DNA of 47,605 nucleotides, counting the filler, from Streblomastix strix (lineage: Eukaryota): assembly GCA_008636045.1 (NCBI GenBank). It is 2 parts of 2 records of this genome, joined end to end, with 100 filler letters (N's around TTAATTAATTAA, not from the genome) between each part and the next. Parts side by side here need not be neighbours in the genome. Positions count along the whole stretch, not along the records: positions 1 to 23,767 come from SNRW01000263.1; 1 more part is not named here. One strand, 5' to 3'. Under the pieces are notes generated by a model. The model was given only the letters and a program-made list of their open reading frames with translations. It was not told where the DNA came from and searched no databases. Both the position numbers and the translations under genes were made by a program. Below, piece after piece: positions 1-14,531 of the stretch. Positions within the stretch are counted from its first letter, which is position 1; every line of letters starts with the position of its first letter.

Positions 1-2026
1 GTTGATTGCTGTGGATTTAGAGATTCATAATATACAAGAATAAACACTTCATCTATTTTAATAAATATAAAATGCTTCAAATTATTTAGAGTCAAATGTT
101 TCAAACAAATATGGAGAAGGTTTTTGAATTTTATTTTTATTACTATTTGTTTAATTTAAAATTCTAAACAAACTTACTGGTTAATTTTATTCAGAAAATA
201 ATTAATCATTTTCTTCTGCAAAGATCAAAGCAATTGTATGTCAATTTTAAATTTCCTCTTCACAAATTTTTTCTTTTACTTATCAATTTAATTTAACCAG
301 GAGAAATTCAAGAATCTTGGTGTATAATTATCTGATCTTTAATCTCTTAATAAAGATGATGTGTTACAGTGCGCTTAATAAATTCGTATTCTCATATCAG
401 ACACTTTACACCCAATTCCAGTCACAGATATTTTTAATTCAGATATTTTGTAGATCTTCCCAGATTTGCTTAAAAGAGATGATTAACCTTAGTTATAACA
501 TGAGCTAGTTTGGGTTCTAATAAACATTTTTGCAGAAGATGCTGATAAAATTGTAGGTGTAGTAAAGTATGGTGTTATTGGTCCCCTTGTGAAGTTGCTT
601 ACGTCCAATAACGATAAAGTTCGTTTTCAATCACTTTGGGCACTATCTAATATTGTTTGTGAGTATGATCCAATTATTTTTTTAATCACTTCAAGATGCA
701 GGATTGGAAGATCAGATGTTAAATCATCTTAAATTATAGTAATCTTCCTTAGTAATTGACCTGAGTAATGCTTCATAAATGAAAATTTACAAAGATTAAC
801 TTTGCTTCCAAGTTACATTATTATCCAGAATGATATAAAAAATGAATTTTAAATCAGAAATGTTAATTATTGCAGCAAATTTATTCATTACATATATCAA
901 TACCATAGAAGGTACATCAGATAAATATAACATAGAATTATCTGAGATTCTTTTGGGACTCAGTACTTCAATTAATAATAAATAAATCAGGGAATGACTG
1001 AAATTTGATGGAGCACTGAACAAGATTGTGAAACTAATAAAGTATGAAAAATATTGCAATATAAATTTTTAAATTAATTTATTCTTATTCTTATTCTATA
1101 TATGTTTGTATCAGCCACCATACATATAAGATCTCTAAATAAGCATTGGATATAATTGGGACGCTCACTGAAGATGATGATAGAATTAAACAAGATCTCA
1201 TCATACCAGAAATTCTAGCAAACATTCTTTATATTCTCAAATAATCTTATTAACATTTTAAAAGTATTGAGAAGTCATCATAATTGATGAAATTTAAGGA
1301 TCTTCACACAATTCATAAGCAGAAAATGATACTTTTACGTGGAGCCTGTTTTATAATTAGCAATATTGCTGCAGGAGAATCATCCAATGCATAACAGTGT
1401 ATTGATAGTGGATGCATTCAGTAGATGATATTGTTATTAGCTGATTGTGATACCAATGAAGAAAAATTATTATAAATTGCTAAACCATTAAAAGAAAAAA
1501 CGATGAATACAATAGCTGATGCGATTAACTTTCATTATTATTTTGGCCATGATTGGGCCAAAGATGCAATAATTTCAATTTCAAATTGTGCTATTGGTTC
1601 AAAAAGTAGATCAATTTAGGTATTATTATAAAATTTTTATTTAATTACTTATTTTTTTTCCCCCAATCTTTTTTCTTACTAAAAATTTAATAGATTGTTA
1701 AGATAGGATCAATACCTCTGCTTATTCGCTAATTGAGAGTAAATGATGAAGAAAGTCTTGAAGCAATTGCTTAGTCATTTTGCTCCATTTTTTCAATTAT
1801 GAACTTTCAAATTGAAAATGATGATGAAGATAATATAAATTTAGAAATGGTTATAAGATAATCTGAAGAAAACATTATGAAAAGAATTACTGATGACTTT
1901 GAGGAATTTGGAGGTTGTGAAGAATTAGAAGCTCATCTGTTTTATAATGATATTGGTAAACATAATGTGAAGAAATATTTTAAATTGGCAAAGAAAGTTA
2001 ATTTGAACCATTATAAATATATCTGA
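1..2026 (+). CDS. Importin-alpha-like armadillo-repeat protein, 5'-partial, multi-exon
   Basis: With TAA/TAG=Gln it reads GVIGPLVKLLTSNNDKVRFQSLWALSNIVC (~571-660), ACFIISNIAAGESSNAQQCIDSGCI (~1343-1420) and DAIISISNCAIG (~1563-1600), typical importin-alpha ARM helices with W/N motifs. GT-AG introns lie near 120, 1041 and 1620; it ends at TGA 2024-2026. Confidence 0.65.
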
Positions 2027-2263
2027 TAAATAAATATATGGTGAAGAAATTAATCTAGATAACTTTGCTCATAAACAATTGAGTATTTTTTACTTCCTCA
2101 AAAGTTTTATATTTTCTCTGTACCAAATAAATATAACATCAACAATATATTTGAGGAATATTTATTATTATTTATTAACTAATTAATAAAATCATAAAAT
2201 CAACTGTTTTAAATTAATTATCAATAAACACTTTATTCATAATAAACTGTCATAAAAAAATTA

Positions 2264-5200
2264 TCATTTCTGGAAATTTTCAATATCTTTCAGAAATTTG
2301 AAGATTTATGCAACAACTGAGTTTCTTCCCTGAACAATCAACAAAGAAAAAATAATAAGAAGAAAAATAAATAAATAATTATTTAAAATAAAACAAAAAT
2401 CACACATATTGTGTTGCAACACGAATTACATTCGAAATGTAATCAATTGGCATTCTACTTTTATTCTTTTCATATAAATCAAGCTCATCATTATTTCCTT
2501 TCTTTTCTATTTCTCTATCATTAATATTATTTCTTTATATTATTTCTTCATTTTTACTGATATTTTCAATGCCCTCTTATTATTATTCAGTTTATATTTC
2601 TCTTTTAATAATCGTTTCCATATTCTCATTCACTGCTCTCAAAAATAAATATGGATTTGATCGAAGCAATCGCCTCCATATAAGTTGAGGAATGATACTG
2701 AAGGGTTTAAATATAATAATAACATCAAGTATAAATAATTTTATATATACACTAAATTTATAAGACTAATAAACCTCTGTTTCTGCATCGTCCATTTCAG
2801 TACATTAAAAGCGAGAATGCTGTGAAAGTGAGATGAAAGAGCGACATCCAAATCAGCCAATGAAATGAGGAATCTGCAGATGAATATAAATGAAGGATAT
2901 CTGAGTGTTGCTGTCAATGAATGAATGAGTAATTGTGTGAGATGATGTGAGAATGGATTTGGATGAGGTGGAAGTAATGATCTAATTATGTCTGGTTGAA
3001 TGTTGGGTTAATTGGAAGAAGAAGAAGATGCTTATTATGTGAGATTATCTGGTAGTGAATAATATGCAAGAAAAGTGGAATAGGATTTGCATATTCTCTT
3101 TATTTTCTATTTCTTCCTTTTTCTTTATTGGATTATTTAATCTTTCAAATTTATTTCAGTCTTATTTTATAATTCGCTCTTTTCAATATCTTTTTCTTTT
3201 TACTCTTCTTCATTTCCATCAGATTTTATCTTTTCATTCTTCTTCTAAATCCTCTTCATTTATTATTCCTCCACCATCACTTATATTCTATTCAATTCTT
3301 TCTCTCTTTCAAAATGACCCATCATCTAAGCTTCTTCATCATATAGAACAAGAGATGTGAATAGTTTCTCTGCTCCAAATGCCTGTTATTTCTGGTATAA
3401 ATCAGTATCTTCTAATTGCGATCTATTTCTTCTTTATGATCGAACATTATTCTTATTCATATTCAGTTATGATTAATATGATGATAATAAATTATTTGAA
3501 TGTGAATGTGACCGATTTCTATTCCTTATATTCCATATTCTTTCTACTATATTGTCTTTATCACCATTATTAATATTATTATTAGAGTATTCATTCCTTA
3601 TATAATAATTATCATCATCAAATATAGTTTATTCTCCAGTTAGAATAGAGAATGATTCAGATGGGAGAATTTCTAAATGTAATTGATGTTAATTATTTTA
3701 TGAACTATATGGATGATTTGTTTAATAGATTCTTTGATATTATGACTAATAATTAATATTTTATGTATGTTATGATTGTACTTATTAATTGATTGATTAT
3801 TATGATATTTGAGGGTATTTTGTTGAGGTTAAATGTTTTTATTATTCAAAAGTTTAATCATTTAATATATTTTATTCTTAATTTTCATCTTCAATGTTTG
3901 TTCCATCAGATTATAACTGCTCAAATTTAAGATTAATATCAATTTGCTGTTTATTCTAAGATTATTATTATGAAGATGAAACTGTATCAGAAGAGAATAT
4001 TGTATTTGTTTATTCCTACTTATGTTATTTAATTGGTGTTGCTACAAGATCTGCACTCTGAAAAAGTACTGACCTCATTTTCTATTCTTTTTCTTACACT
4101 CTTTATTCTTCTTAATTTTAATAATCTTCTTTTTATTCATTATTTTCATTTTAATTTAATGTCAATGTTGGTATCTATAATTTTGGAGAAACGAGAATAA
4201 ATGAAGATTCATTTTAGTCTTATTCTTAACTTCCTTCCTATTACTATTCTTATTCTAAGAATTATTCACCTTAAGAAGTTATGCCTTTGATATGTTTATT
4301 GTCAAATAGCAAACGAACTTCTTAATCTTTGATTTATCCATCTTTCAATTATTATTCATTTTCCTCTTATTATTCTTTCTCTTAATCAGAATTTGATACT
4401 TCATTATCATCGAGTTCAATTTGGTCTATTTCTTATTAACTATATTTCTCCGCTTCACTAATAATTTCTTCTTCTCCTTCTCCTTCTTAATTATTTATAT
4501 TATTTCCAATATTCTTATTCTTCCTTTTCTATTTATTTTACTATTATATCTAATCACACTACAGAGATTCCTATAATTATTCAGTAGGTGAATAATTATA
4601 TGAATGTTGAGATTGAGATGGAGAACCCACTGAATGTGAATCCAATGAAGGAGAAGGAGAAGGACTATTGGATAATGAATGACTGTTATTGGATGGAGAA
4701 ATGGAGTGAGATAATTAATCTGTATTGGATGAATGATCTGATATAGATTTAGAATGAGATTTAGAATTAGAATGAGAATGAGTTATAGATGAAAGTGAAT
4801 GTAGAGAAGATGATGAAGATAAGGAAGATGGCGATGAATGTTATTTATGAATCTTTCTTTTATTGTGTTTTTTATTCTTCTTTCTTTTATCTTTGCGTTT
4901 GTTCTTATGTTTATGTTTATGCTTATTGGATTAATGCTAATAAAATGATTTTAATAATTTATGTTGCTTCTTATCATATAAATCTGAATCAGATGATGAT
5001 GAGGATGATGAAATATGGATAAGCGAATTAGTAGAATGTGATTATGTAGAAGATTGAATTGATTTGCTTTTATCCATATTTTATTCATTTTCATCATTTT
5101 CGCTTATATCAGATTAGAAAAGATTATCAATTTTAGTATCTTCAAAGTTTTCCCTTTAAACTTCTTCTTCTTATTCTTGATCCAATTCATCTGAAATATT

Positions 5201-8200
5201 CTCTTCAAATCTACTTGCACTCATATTCTACTATTTCTCATAATTAGACATTTTATCTGATTATTCTCTTGTGCTTTTTCTCCTCAATTTGATATTTCTT
5301 CTTTTAATGTTCGACCTTTTTTCACTTTGATCAAATAAAATATTGTATTTCATATTAATTTCATTGAAATTTGGTCTTTTCAATTAAATTTGATCAGGAA
5401 TGTGATACGCTAAGAAGGGTAATGTTTATGTAAGAGAATAAGATTATTATTATTACTATAATGATGAAGAAGAATTAAACTATGGTGAAGAAGAAGGAAT
5501 TTATTATTTAGAACCATCTTCTTATATTTATTCCTCTTTCATATTTATATTTCCTTTTTCCTTTCCAATTAATCTTCTTTATTCGCTTTTCTTCTTCCAT
5601 TTCTCAATCTGTTCAGCTATTCTCTATAATCCATTACCTCCAATTTGTCTTCCTAATCCTTTGAATACAATTGGATATTGATATGAAGAAGAAGAAGAAG
5701 AAGAAGACTATTATATATCATTCTAAGTCTCTTCTAATTTCTATATACTCCCGACAAATAATTTCTAACTATTTACCAATGCTTCATTATCATGATCATC
5801 TTTACTATTATTTTCTTTCTTTATTCCTTCATTTCCATTCTTTAATTTAGTTTATCCATCTCCAATGACTTTCCAGACATCTTCAATCTGTGGAATAGAA
5901 CTGTATTATTGTGATTATTTATTATAATATGATGAAGATGAAAATATTTTAACTTATTAAATTTAAGAGTATAAAGACGATGGATAAAGATTTAATTAGG
6001 AAAATTTGAGAATGTTTGTGCTTTAATCATCACTTGTTTTATTATTTTTCTGAATTGATTATTAATTACCTTTACTATTTGTTTTATCTAAATTTGAAAC
6101 ATATTTCTGTTATTATTGTGACAGTTATTATTATTGCAACTACTATTGTTATTGCTACTGAATATTACTCTAAATAACATTCACATTGACATTCGAACTG
6201 CTTATATTTATCGACATCCAATTCAATTATATTATTTCTCTCTCGGGATGTTCAAGCTGTGTGAGAAAATTGAGATTCCGAAGTGATGGAGATCGATTAT
6301 GATTATTGGAGAATGCAGGATTATTAGAAGATGAAGAGAAAGAATACAAATATGTAAAGAAAGGATATCTTTATCTATTCTGTATCTAACTTAATGATTA
6401 ATAAGATGCATTATATGGATACTATTCTATTTATTATTAATATTTATATTACAATGCAGATTATTATGAATAATAAGAAGAAGGAGGAGAAGATGAAGAG
6501 AATTAGGATGGAGAAGTAGAAGAAGGTGATTAAGATGTCTATTTGAGTATCATTTGTATCTGTGATGATACTTATATTTATATTTATTATTATTATGGCA
6601 TGTTCTATTTGATAATTTATTATTAAATGGGGATTAATTCATTACTATTACTCCCATTGTTATCTTTTTATTTCTCAGTTAATTTTAATGTCTGCACATC
6701 TTTCTGAATCAAAGCAATGTCTTCAGGAGATGATTAAGCAGATGTATTGAATGAAGGTTATAATGAGAAAGGTTTTAGTGTCTATAATGGAAGCAGTATT
6801 GATGGAGGTTGAAAGAAGTTATTAATACTGTTATTTAAACTGTTATTAAAACTGTTATTAATATTGTTATTGTTATTAATATTGTTATTGTTATTATTAA
6901 TGTTATTATTGTTAGTAGGACTACTTTATGCAGAAGATTAATATACATTAATATTTTATTGGTACCAACTTTTGAATACGGGAGAACTGAGCAAGAATTT
7001 TGATTCAGATGGAGAATATTGACCCGAATTTTCTTTACTTATTCTTTTTTCTTCTTCTTTCTTCTTCAACTCCTTCAAATTAATGATGCTGTTATTTTAT
7101 TCAGTAATTTATTGGCTTATTTTTATTTAATTGTTTGATAAACAAAGTGAAGAGAAATGTTTAATGAAGAATGAGAATGGAAGTGATGAGATTAATTCTT
7201 TGAAGAATGAAACTGTAAACAGAGATTAAGAAGAAGAATAATTATACTCAGATATTGAAGATTATTATTAATTTTATTTAATCAAAGAAAGTTTATTGTT
7301 ATCATTAATATCATTATCATCAATATTATTATCCTAACCAGTCTTAAATGTATAATTAACTTCATTCCATTACTTATTCTGCTTCTAATTCTGCTTCTGA
7401 TAACATTTCATTATCCTTTCACTCTTCATTCCTTCTCTTATCAACTCTTCTATTATCCTCATATTCATATTCTGGTGTATAAGAGCAATATGAAGGAGAA
7501 GCAACAGTGATGAATGACTGAGAAATAATATGAATGAATAAAGAAGAATAATAAAGAATAATAATAAAATAAATTTTATATTATTAATTCATACTTCAAA
7601 GGCTTCAACATCTACAAAAGCATTTTCAAGTCAATTCCATATGAAATAAACTGCATATTTTAAATATTCAATGCATAATGTGTGAATTGATATATATAAT
7701 ATTATTGTGGTTAATTGATTGATGAAGAATAATTTTATGAATTTAGAGTGTTTTTATTCATAACATTTGATTATTGTTATTATGATTGCTGTATATTCAT
7801 TGGTGAAAGAAATGAGTGATTGAATTATTATTGTTCTTGTTTATTTGTAGAATTTATAACATTACTTTGTAGTGGTGCATTATTTAATAGAATTGGTAAT
7901 GGATGAGAAGATGATGATGAAGATTATTATTATTAGACTTATTTATTCAATTGATTGGAATCTGGCAATATTTATTCACTTTAATTGAATTATAATTATT
8001 ATGGTTCTTATAATAATACATCTTCACTTTATTCATCTTCAACTCCTTCACATTCATTGATATTATTTTATTCTTCTTCTTCATCAGATCTTTTAATTTC
8101 ATTATTTAATCCATCTTTTTCAATTAATTTATCTAATTCAAGTAAATCTTCTTTTCTCTATTTAATATTTCCATCTATTTGTTATTACAATTATTGTTGT

Positions 8201-11200
8201 TATTATTATAATGAAAGTTGAGATAAAGGAGTTTATGATGGTTCTGCAAGTTCAAAGTATTCAGATTGCGCCTGTTATTAATGAAGCGCATAAAACTATG
8301 ATGACAAATCATTTGAACTGTTTGAGTTGCTTGGATTAACCATCATGTCAGTTTGTATTGTTTCTATTATTGAGATTGGAGATTATGTTTATAACTGAAG
8401 TTGTATTTACCTCTATAATAATTATTGTTATTTAATCTTCCATTATTTCTCTTTTTCTTTTTCTCTTATTTTCTGCTCTAATTCTTTCTCTTTCTATTTG
8501 ATTTCTCACTCTTCATTCTTTCTCTGAAAATATTTGGATATTCTTCCAATTAAATTTCCATTGTTTTTCTCCTTATTATTTTCTTCTTCAATTTACTTCT
8601 ATTTAATCTCATTCTTCAAATTGGAGAATGATGGAACTTTTATTGGATTATTTGGGTCTAATTACCAGGATTGGGGTATTTGTGAAGTATCAATGAGTTG
8701 TTCAGAATCGTTTTCAGTAGTATTTTGATTTTGATCCTCTTGTTCTTAATCATTGATGTTATATCTACTTTATTTATTTAATTATTCTTTATTTTTTAAT
8801 TCTTTTTATTCTTTTTCATTTAATTGAACTACTAACTTAGGCAATTACAATGACAATGGTTGAACAGGAATTTTCATTTGAATCAATTTCTACTTCTATA
8901 ATTATTGCGATTATTTCATAAATTGTGAAACTGGTGAATTAACTTTGAGATTAACAACACTAAGATATTGTTGTTATTATTGTTGCAATAATGACTGCTT
9001 GTATATTTCCTATTATAACTACTGTTGATGTTGATGATTGTGACCATTCTTCTTTCTTAATGGGACTATTTCAGGAGGAAGTGGAAATATTTATGATATT
9101 AAATAGGAAGGGAAAGTTAATTATGATGAAGATTACTATTGATGTTATTATTAAATATCCTGTTTTATATCAATATTTTAGTTTTATTCTTTAATATGGG
9201 ATTCTTCTCTTTCAACAAACATATTATTAACATTTGCACATAAAATAACTTTCATATCATTTGGATGGAGCTGTGAAAGATCAAGAAGAACTAATAATGC
9301 TTATTAATGACTCTATTTACTTTAATATTTATTGAATTTAAAGTAATTATTTTATTTTTAATTCTTTTTTATTTCATTTGTATCTTGATTGTCCAAATTA
9401 TTATTATTCTTCATATTTAACTTTTCTTTCTTCATTTGAATATTTATTTCTTCTCTTATTCTTTCTTCAATAATTTTCTTTCTTGAATACAATGGCAAGT
9501 AAAGTATGATTATATCTGAATATATTCCTATAAATAACTAAAGCGATTGTAAAATAAACTAATTAAATCGTTCAATATTTTGCTATTATTTTATTTATTA
9601 TTTCTATTTTTATATTAATTACTATTATATCGATGTTTATGGTTGATTCACTTATTATATCTGCAAATTATTTTACTTATAGAATGAGTCAGTCAAAGAA
9701 AGTAAGTCAATAAGAACAGGAGATTGGGAAGATTGAGAAAGAAGATCAACTTCATTATTTATGCTAAAATCTTTTTTATTGTCTTTTTCATATGTTTTTA
9801 TCTAATCTTCATCTTTTTCTGCAATTTTATCCAATTCTGTTTCTTTCTTTATTTCAATATTTATTTCATTTGAATCTTTTGTATTTTATTCATTCTTTAT
9901 ATTATCAACTTCTTCCAATTCTTCTTCTTCATTTATATTCAATGGAATCATACATTGACATTTCTTTGATGGTTAATCTTATTCTATAATGAAAATATCA
10001 ACAAGTATCGAATTAAGAAGAAATCTGCCTTTTAATTAATTGTAACTTTCTTCATATTGTTTTTCTTATTGATGATAAAAATGTTGGTATATTGATTATT
10101 CATTATCTAATTATTATTCTCCTTATTCTAAGAATATCTGTAATTATTCATTTGAATTAATATTCAAAGTTGTATTTTAATTATTTTAAGAAGTTGCATT
10201 TGTATGCATCGATTATTTTCTGCTTATTTCATTCTAAGCTTCAATCGCTTCTTTTGCTGTTTCAATCAATGCAATTTCAATAGGGAATTACTTCTTAAGC
10301 AAAATATGAGTATAAGTAGAGCTAAACTAATAATACTCAGAAGATTAAGAATACAATGAATACTAAGAAGTATATGAAGATGATGATGATGATGAAGTAT
10401 GTGAGTATTAAGTGTGTATTGATTAAGATGAAGGAGAAAGAGGTCTATTATAATGATGTTATATATTCTATGAAAGAGATGGAGAGCTATTTGGACTTAT
10501 TGGAGTATTGTTTGAATGGACATTTGAGTATAAACGAGGATAAAGACTTAATTGTGATTGGGGACTGAATCTGTTTGATTTCCTTTGCTGTATTTCAGAT
10601 TATTATTTTATTTATTGCGATGAACTTCGATTTGATAAATAGGAAATTGAATCTGGAGATTTAGCAGATAATTATTATTACTATTATTTTATTGATTATT
10701 ATTTCACATATATTTACTGTAATGATTTTCTCTTATGAGATTAAGCCATAGTAATGGATGATAACTACTGCATTGATGGAGAATGTGGAGAAGATGATGA
10801 AATAAAGGATTAAGATTGAGATGCTAGTATCTGTGTCTATGAAGATGAAATATGCAATGGTTGAGGGATCTGCTGTTATTGTTACTGTTGCTGGTATTAT
10901 ATAAACTATTATTTAGACAATGATGAAGATTATTGCTGTGTTTGTCCTGCTTTCTGTGAATGTAATGAATGCGTAGATATATTTGAATGAGAAATCTTCT
11001 CTTATTTATCATCAATGTCAATATTTTCATTTTTCGGATCTTTTTCACTTTTCTTCTCATTTTCTGTAATTTCAGCCAATTTAGATTTATTCTTTGATTC
11101 AGAAGAAGACGATTTTGATTTGGCTGTGAATTATGAAGAGTTATTTGTAATATTTGAGTGCAATGATGGAGATTTGTTGTCTTTCAGTTTATTCTAAGCT

Positions 11201-13080
11201 TTTTATTTAGTTTAGTTACGAGACATTTGTTACTATCTTAATTATAATTCATTCATTTATTTCTTATTCTCCTTATAATACTCCTTTTTCATCTTCTTTT
11301 CTCTTTTCAACTAAATTTCAATATTTTTCCTGATCTTTTCTTTTTCTCTCTTAATTCCAATTGCAGCTTCATTGATCATTCTCTGATCTGGGAAGTATGG
11401 GGGCCTCATTAAATGCTGCTACACAACACAGAAAGATTCGCCTTTCATTTAATTGAGTGACAGAATCAGATTTGGGTTACGACATCCTCTGAGGAATGTG
11501 AAGTGTGAAGAATATATAGAAGATGGATGGTTTGTTTTTATATTTGAAAATGGAGGTTTGATATCAAATAGAGATTATGGTGTTGAAGTTGAATTTGGTG
11601 GATAATCAATTTATATTGTTGTTATGAATGTATCTTTATTTATTATTTCTTCTCTTTCTTTATCTTTATCTTATTCATCTGCATCTTCTGATCCAAATAT
11701 TGATTCAAATGCGGATCTTTTCTTCTTCTTCTTCTTTTGTTACTGAATCTGATTTATTTATTCATTCTAAGCTTCTTTCAATTCTTTAATAACTATGTTA
11801 TTACTTTCTTATTTTTCTATCTAATTATCATATTCATCTTATTCATCTTCATCGTTACTATATATTTAATCTAATTAAGGAAGTGGCATTGGTTAAAGTG
11901 GGTAAAAGAACTGTGATAATTGAACATCTTCATATAATCGAGGATCTTCATTCATCAGAAATCGCATTCTTGATAAGTAGAATTATGAAATATGTGAACC
12001 ACGCGACTATTAATAGATATAGTGATTAAATAATATTGTGGATATTTAATATAATTAATAAATTAAATTATACAATTTCACTAATATCATAAATAATTAA
12101 AATAAATAAATAAGAATCAATATCAAACTCTCCTGAATATACAAAATACAGTATTTCCTTCAACTCTGAACCAAATAGGGTCAGTCTATATAATAGCAGG
12201 AAGAGGAGGTACAAATATTTGATAAGTTTATTTATTTCCTTATTTTATTGATATTTTAATCTCTTTTTCATATTTCTTCTTTTCCTTATCCCTTTATTTG
12301 TCTTTTAATTTATTATTTTCTTTTATTTTGTTTTCTTTATCAAAATAATTGTCAGTCTTCATCATTCGAAAGTAGCGCATGTTGACTGTTTCTGTGTAAA
12401 GGATGAAATGCATTTCATATTCTGAGCTGTCTGGGAAGAACTGATTATTGTTGGATTAAATTAGAAAATAGACAAATTAATTTATGGGAAAAATCAGATC
12501 CAAATAAAAAATTATGATAAACCTGAGCATGTTGATACTCTTTTCCTGAGCTAATCACATATTAAATAGAATCAAATGGTACTCTCAGATTAATGCAGAT
12601 AGTTTCATAATATTCAGTGGGTTGATTCTACATTTATTATTATAGATTCTATGTTGGTTGAGAATCTTAAGGAATACTCAAGTATGAGATTGTGGTGAAT
12701 ATAATAAATGAACAGTCTGGGCTTATGGTTCCACTCACTATATCAGCATATTCAAGTACAATAAGCTAAATACAACACATTTACACTAAGTCAAATAACC
12801 AGATTTCTGTTTGAAGTTTCTGAAAAAATAATATTTTAAAATGTTTATAAATGAAGATATAAAATAAATAGAATTATCAAACATTATTCACTTTTCGACC
12901 TGTGGCTGCAAGCATGAATCCAATTCCATAACCAATAACTCGCTCATATTCACGTGATGTTGGAAGAAACTATCTCGAGCGGTCAATAACATTGATGTAA
13001 TGTTTCTTTCCAACAGAAATTGGAGTGTGCGGAATGGTAATGAAATTTGTAGCACAAAATGAAGAAAGAAAGTTAGCCAT
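2264..13080 (-). CDS. Giant (~3,400 aa) low-complexity-expanded protein resembling gamma-secretase activating protein (GSAP/pigeon family)
   Basis: ATG at 13080 (MANFLSSF), TGA at 2266-2264, about six GT-AG introns. Conserved islands occur in GSAP order: IVSGTISPDCSFIIFT, QLSQFFYP, EYYQFSSTYTHILLKKQFPIEI, IILYLP...LVLLDLSQLHP, LLLLHIALIH, FIFICRFLISLADLDVALSSHFHSILAF. They are separated by long poly-Q/S/N/E tracts. The frame was spot-checked, not checked codon by codon. Confidence 0.55.
6819..6912. repeat. Degenerate 6/12-bp tandem repeat encoding an Asn-rich tract inside the giant gene
   Basis: gttattaatact/gttatttaaact/gttattaaaact/gttattaatatt... units. Confidence 0.7.
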
Positions 13081-13649
13081 AGAAAAACTGTAAATAAATA
13101 AATTATAAATACAAAAGATAAGAAAAAGAGGAAAAAATGAGCAAAATTTAGAAAGGATTTACTGTGCATTCATAATATAATTCAGATGATAAATAATAAA
13201 TTTTATTGCTTAATAATAATGTCATAATAATGATATAAGATTTACAAAATATAATAATATTCAGTTGGTGTGATATTTGGAATTTTTTGTTTTCAAATAT
13301 ATCTTAATTTTGGAAACTATAATTTTATTAACAACTATATCATTTAGAATTCAAAGATACTATGAATGCATATACAATTATTACAATAAAATTAGAAGTG
13401 TGGTGAGCTTGAAATCATGCATACAATATTAATTTTCATTCTCATCCATTTCAATATTAACTGATTCATTAAATATAAATTTTTATTTGTTACATAATTA
13501 TTTGCAAATTAAATAAATATATAATCCGATAATTACTAATAAAAATTTTCAATAGAAATTATGATAAAGTTGTGAAAGATAAATCTTTTGTTTTGAATAA
13601 ATCTATACTAGTTTATTATAATTTATCGTTAATCATTGAACCTGAATCA

Positions 13650-14531
13650 AGCTGCACTTGCCGTATAGTTCCAATTATTACCTGTGAAATGTACTTCTAA
13701 CGTAGAGAGAAATACGCCCATCATTATTGGAGTCCTGTAGATAAAAGATTTGTGTGTATATAATATAAGTAAAATGTTAAAGTGATGAAAATAAATAATA
13801 AAATTAAGCAAAAAATACTTCCTGTTTTATGCGTCCTCATATCGAATGTGGATGTTTTTAATGCTGATTTGTGAATTGACCACTATTTTTGCTATTAATT
13901 TCTGTATGAAAGTTAATTCCTATTTTTACTCTTATCCTTTAATATCCTTCACTTCTATAATCAAAAATACAATTATAAATAAAATTTATTAATGCATAAT
14001 AATTAATTTCAATAACCTACTATTGCTTATTTAACTTCTTTTTTTGCTTCAGTTTCTTCTAATGGAATAAGTTTTTTTATCTACATAATAATGTCAATAA
14101 CAATAAATATAAAATATAAAACAAATATTTAATATCAAACAGATATTTCTTAAGGAGAGCAAATGAGTGTCACATTTTCCAATGTCAAATAATTAGGCTA
14201 ACTAAATAGTCCAAACCATCTGAATCATACAGATAACTTACCTACATATCCTTTTTATATGTAAATATGTATATGAAATAAAATTACTGAATAAATGAAT
14301 GGTGATAGATGATTATATACCATCAATAATTTTAATTCCTTATTCCTCGAGAGCATCAGGTCTTAATTATAAGCTCTGGATCTCAAACTTTCCAGAAAGT
14401 TCACTGAATAAATAATAAAACTATAATAAATCAATAATTTAATCACACATATTGAGTGAGCTTGAATTAAAGTTCAAACAGTACTTTCCAAGTATTCCCT
14501 ATAGGAACCAAGCAGCAATAAACTCGATCAT
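13650..14531 (-). pseudogene. VPS13: VPS13 N-terminal (Chorein_N) fragment, truncated, with in-frame TGA
   Basis: Spliced translation: MIEFIAAWFLQGILGKYCLNFNSSSLN...LSGKFEIQSLQLRPDAL...GYVGKLSV*FRW...LENVTLICSP...KLIAKIVVNSQISIKNIHIRYED...MGVFLSTLEV. The NIHIRYED hallmark is present. TGA occurs at 14227-14225 and a second TGA near 13650; there is no room for a 3000-aa protein before the next gene at 13080. Confidence 0.8.

Noticed and set aside
663..695. 33-nt GTATGA...AAG mini-intron in the importin-like gene
   Set aside because: It is a multiple of three with no in-frame TGA, so it cannot be distinguished from coding sequence without RNA data
3055..11197. Short plus-strand F/Y/L-rich ORFs from the ORF track
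   Set aside because: Antisense shadows of the Q/E/K-rich minus-strand gene
14225..14227. TGA as a sense codon (all three stops reassigned, or selenocysteine)
   Set aside because: Intact genes end in TGA and use TGG for Trp; in-frame TGAs occur only in truncated or frameshifted units; no Cys-equivalent position or SECIS was seen
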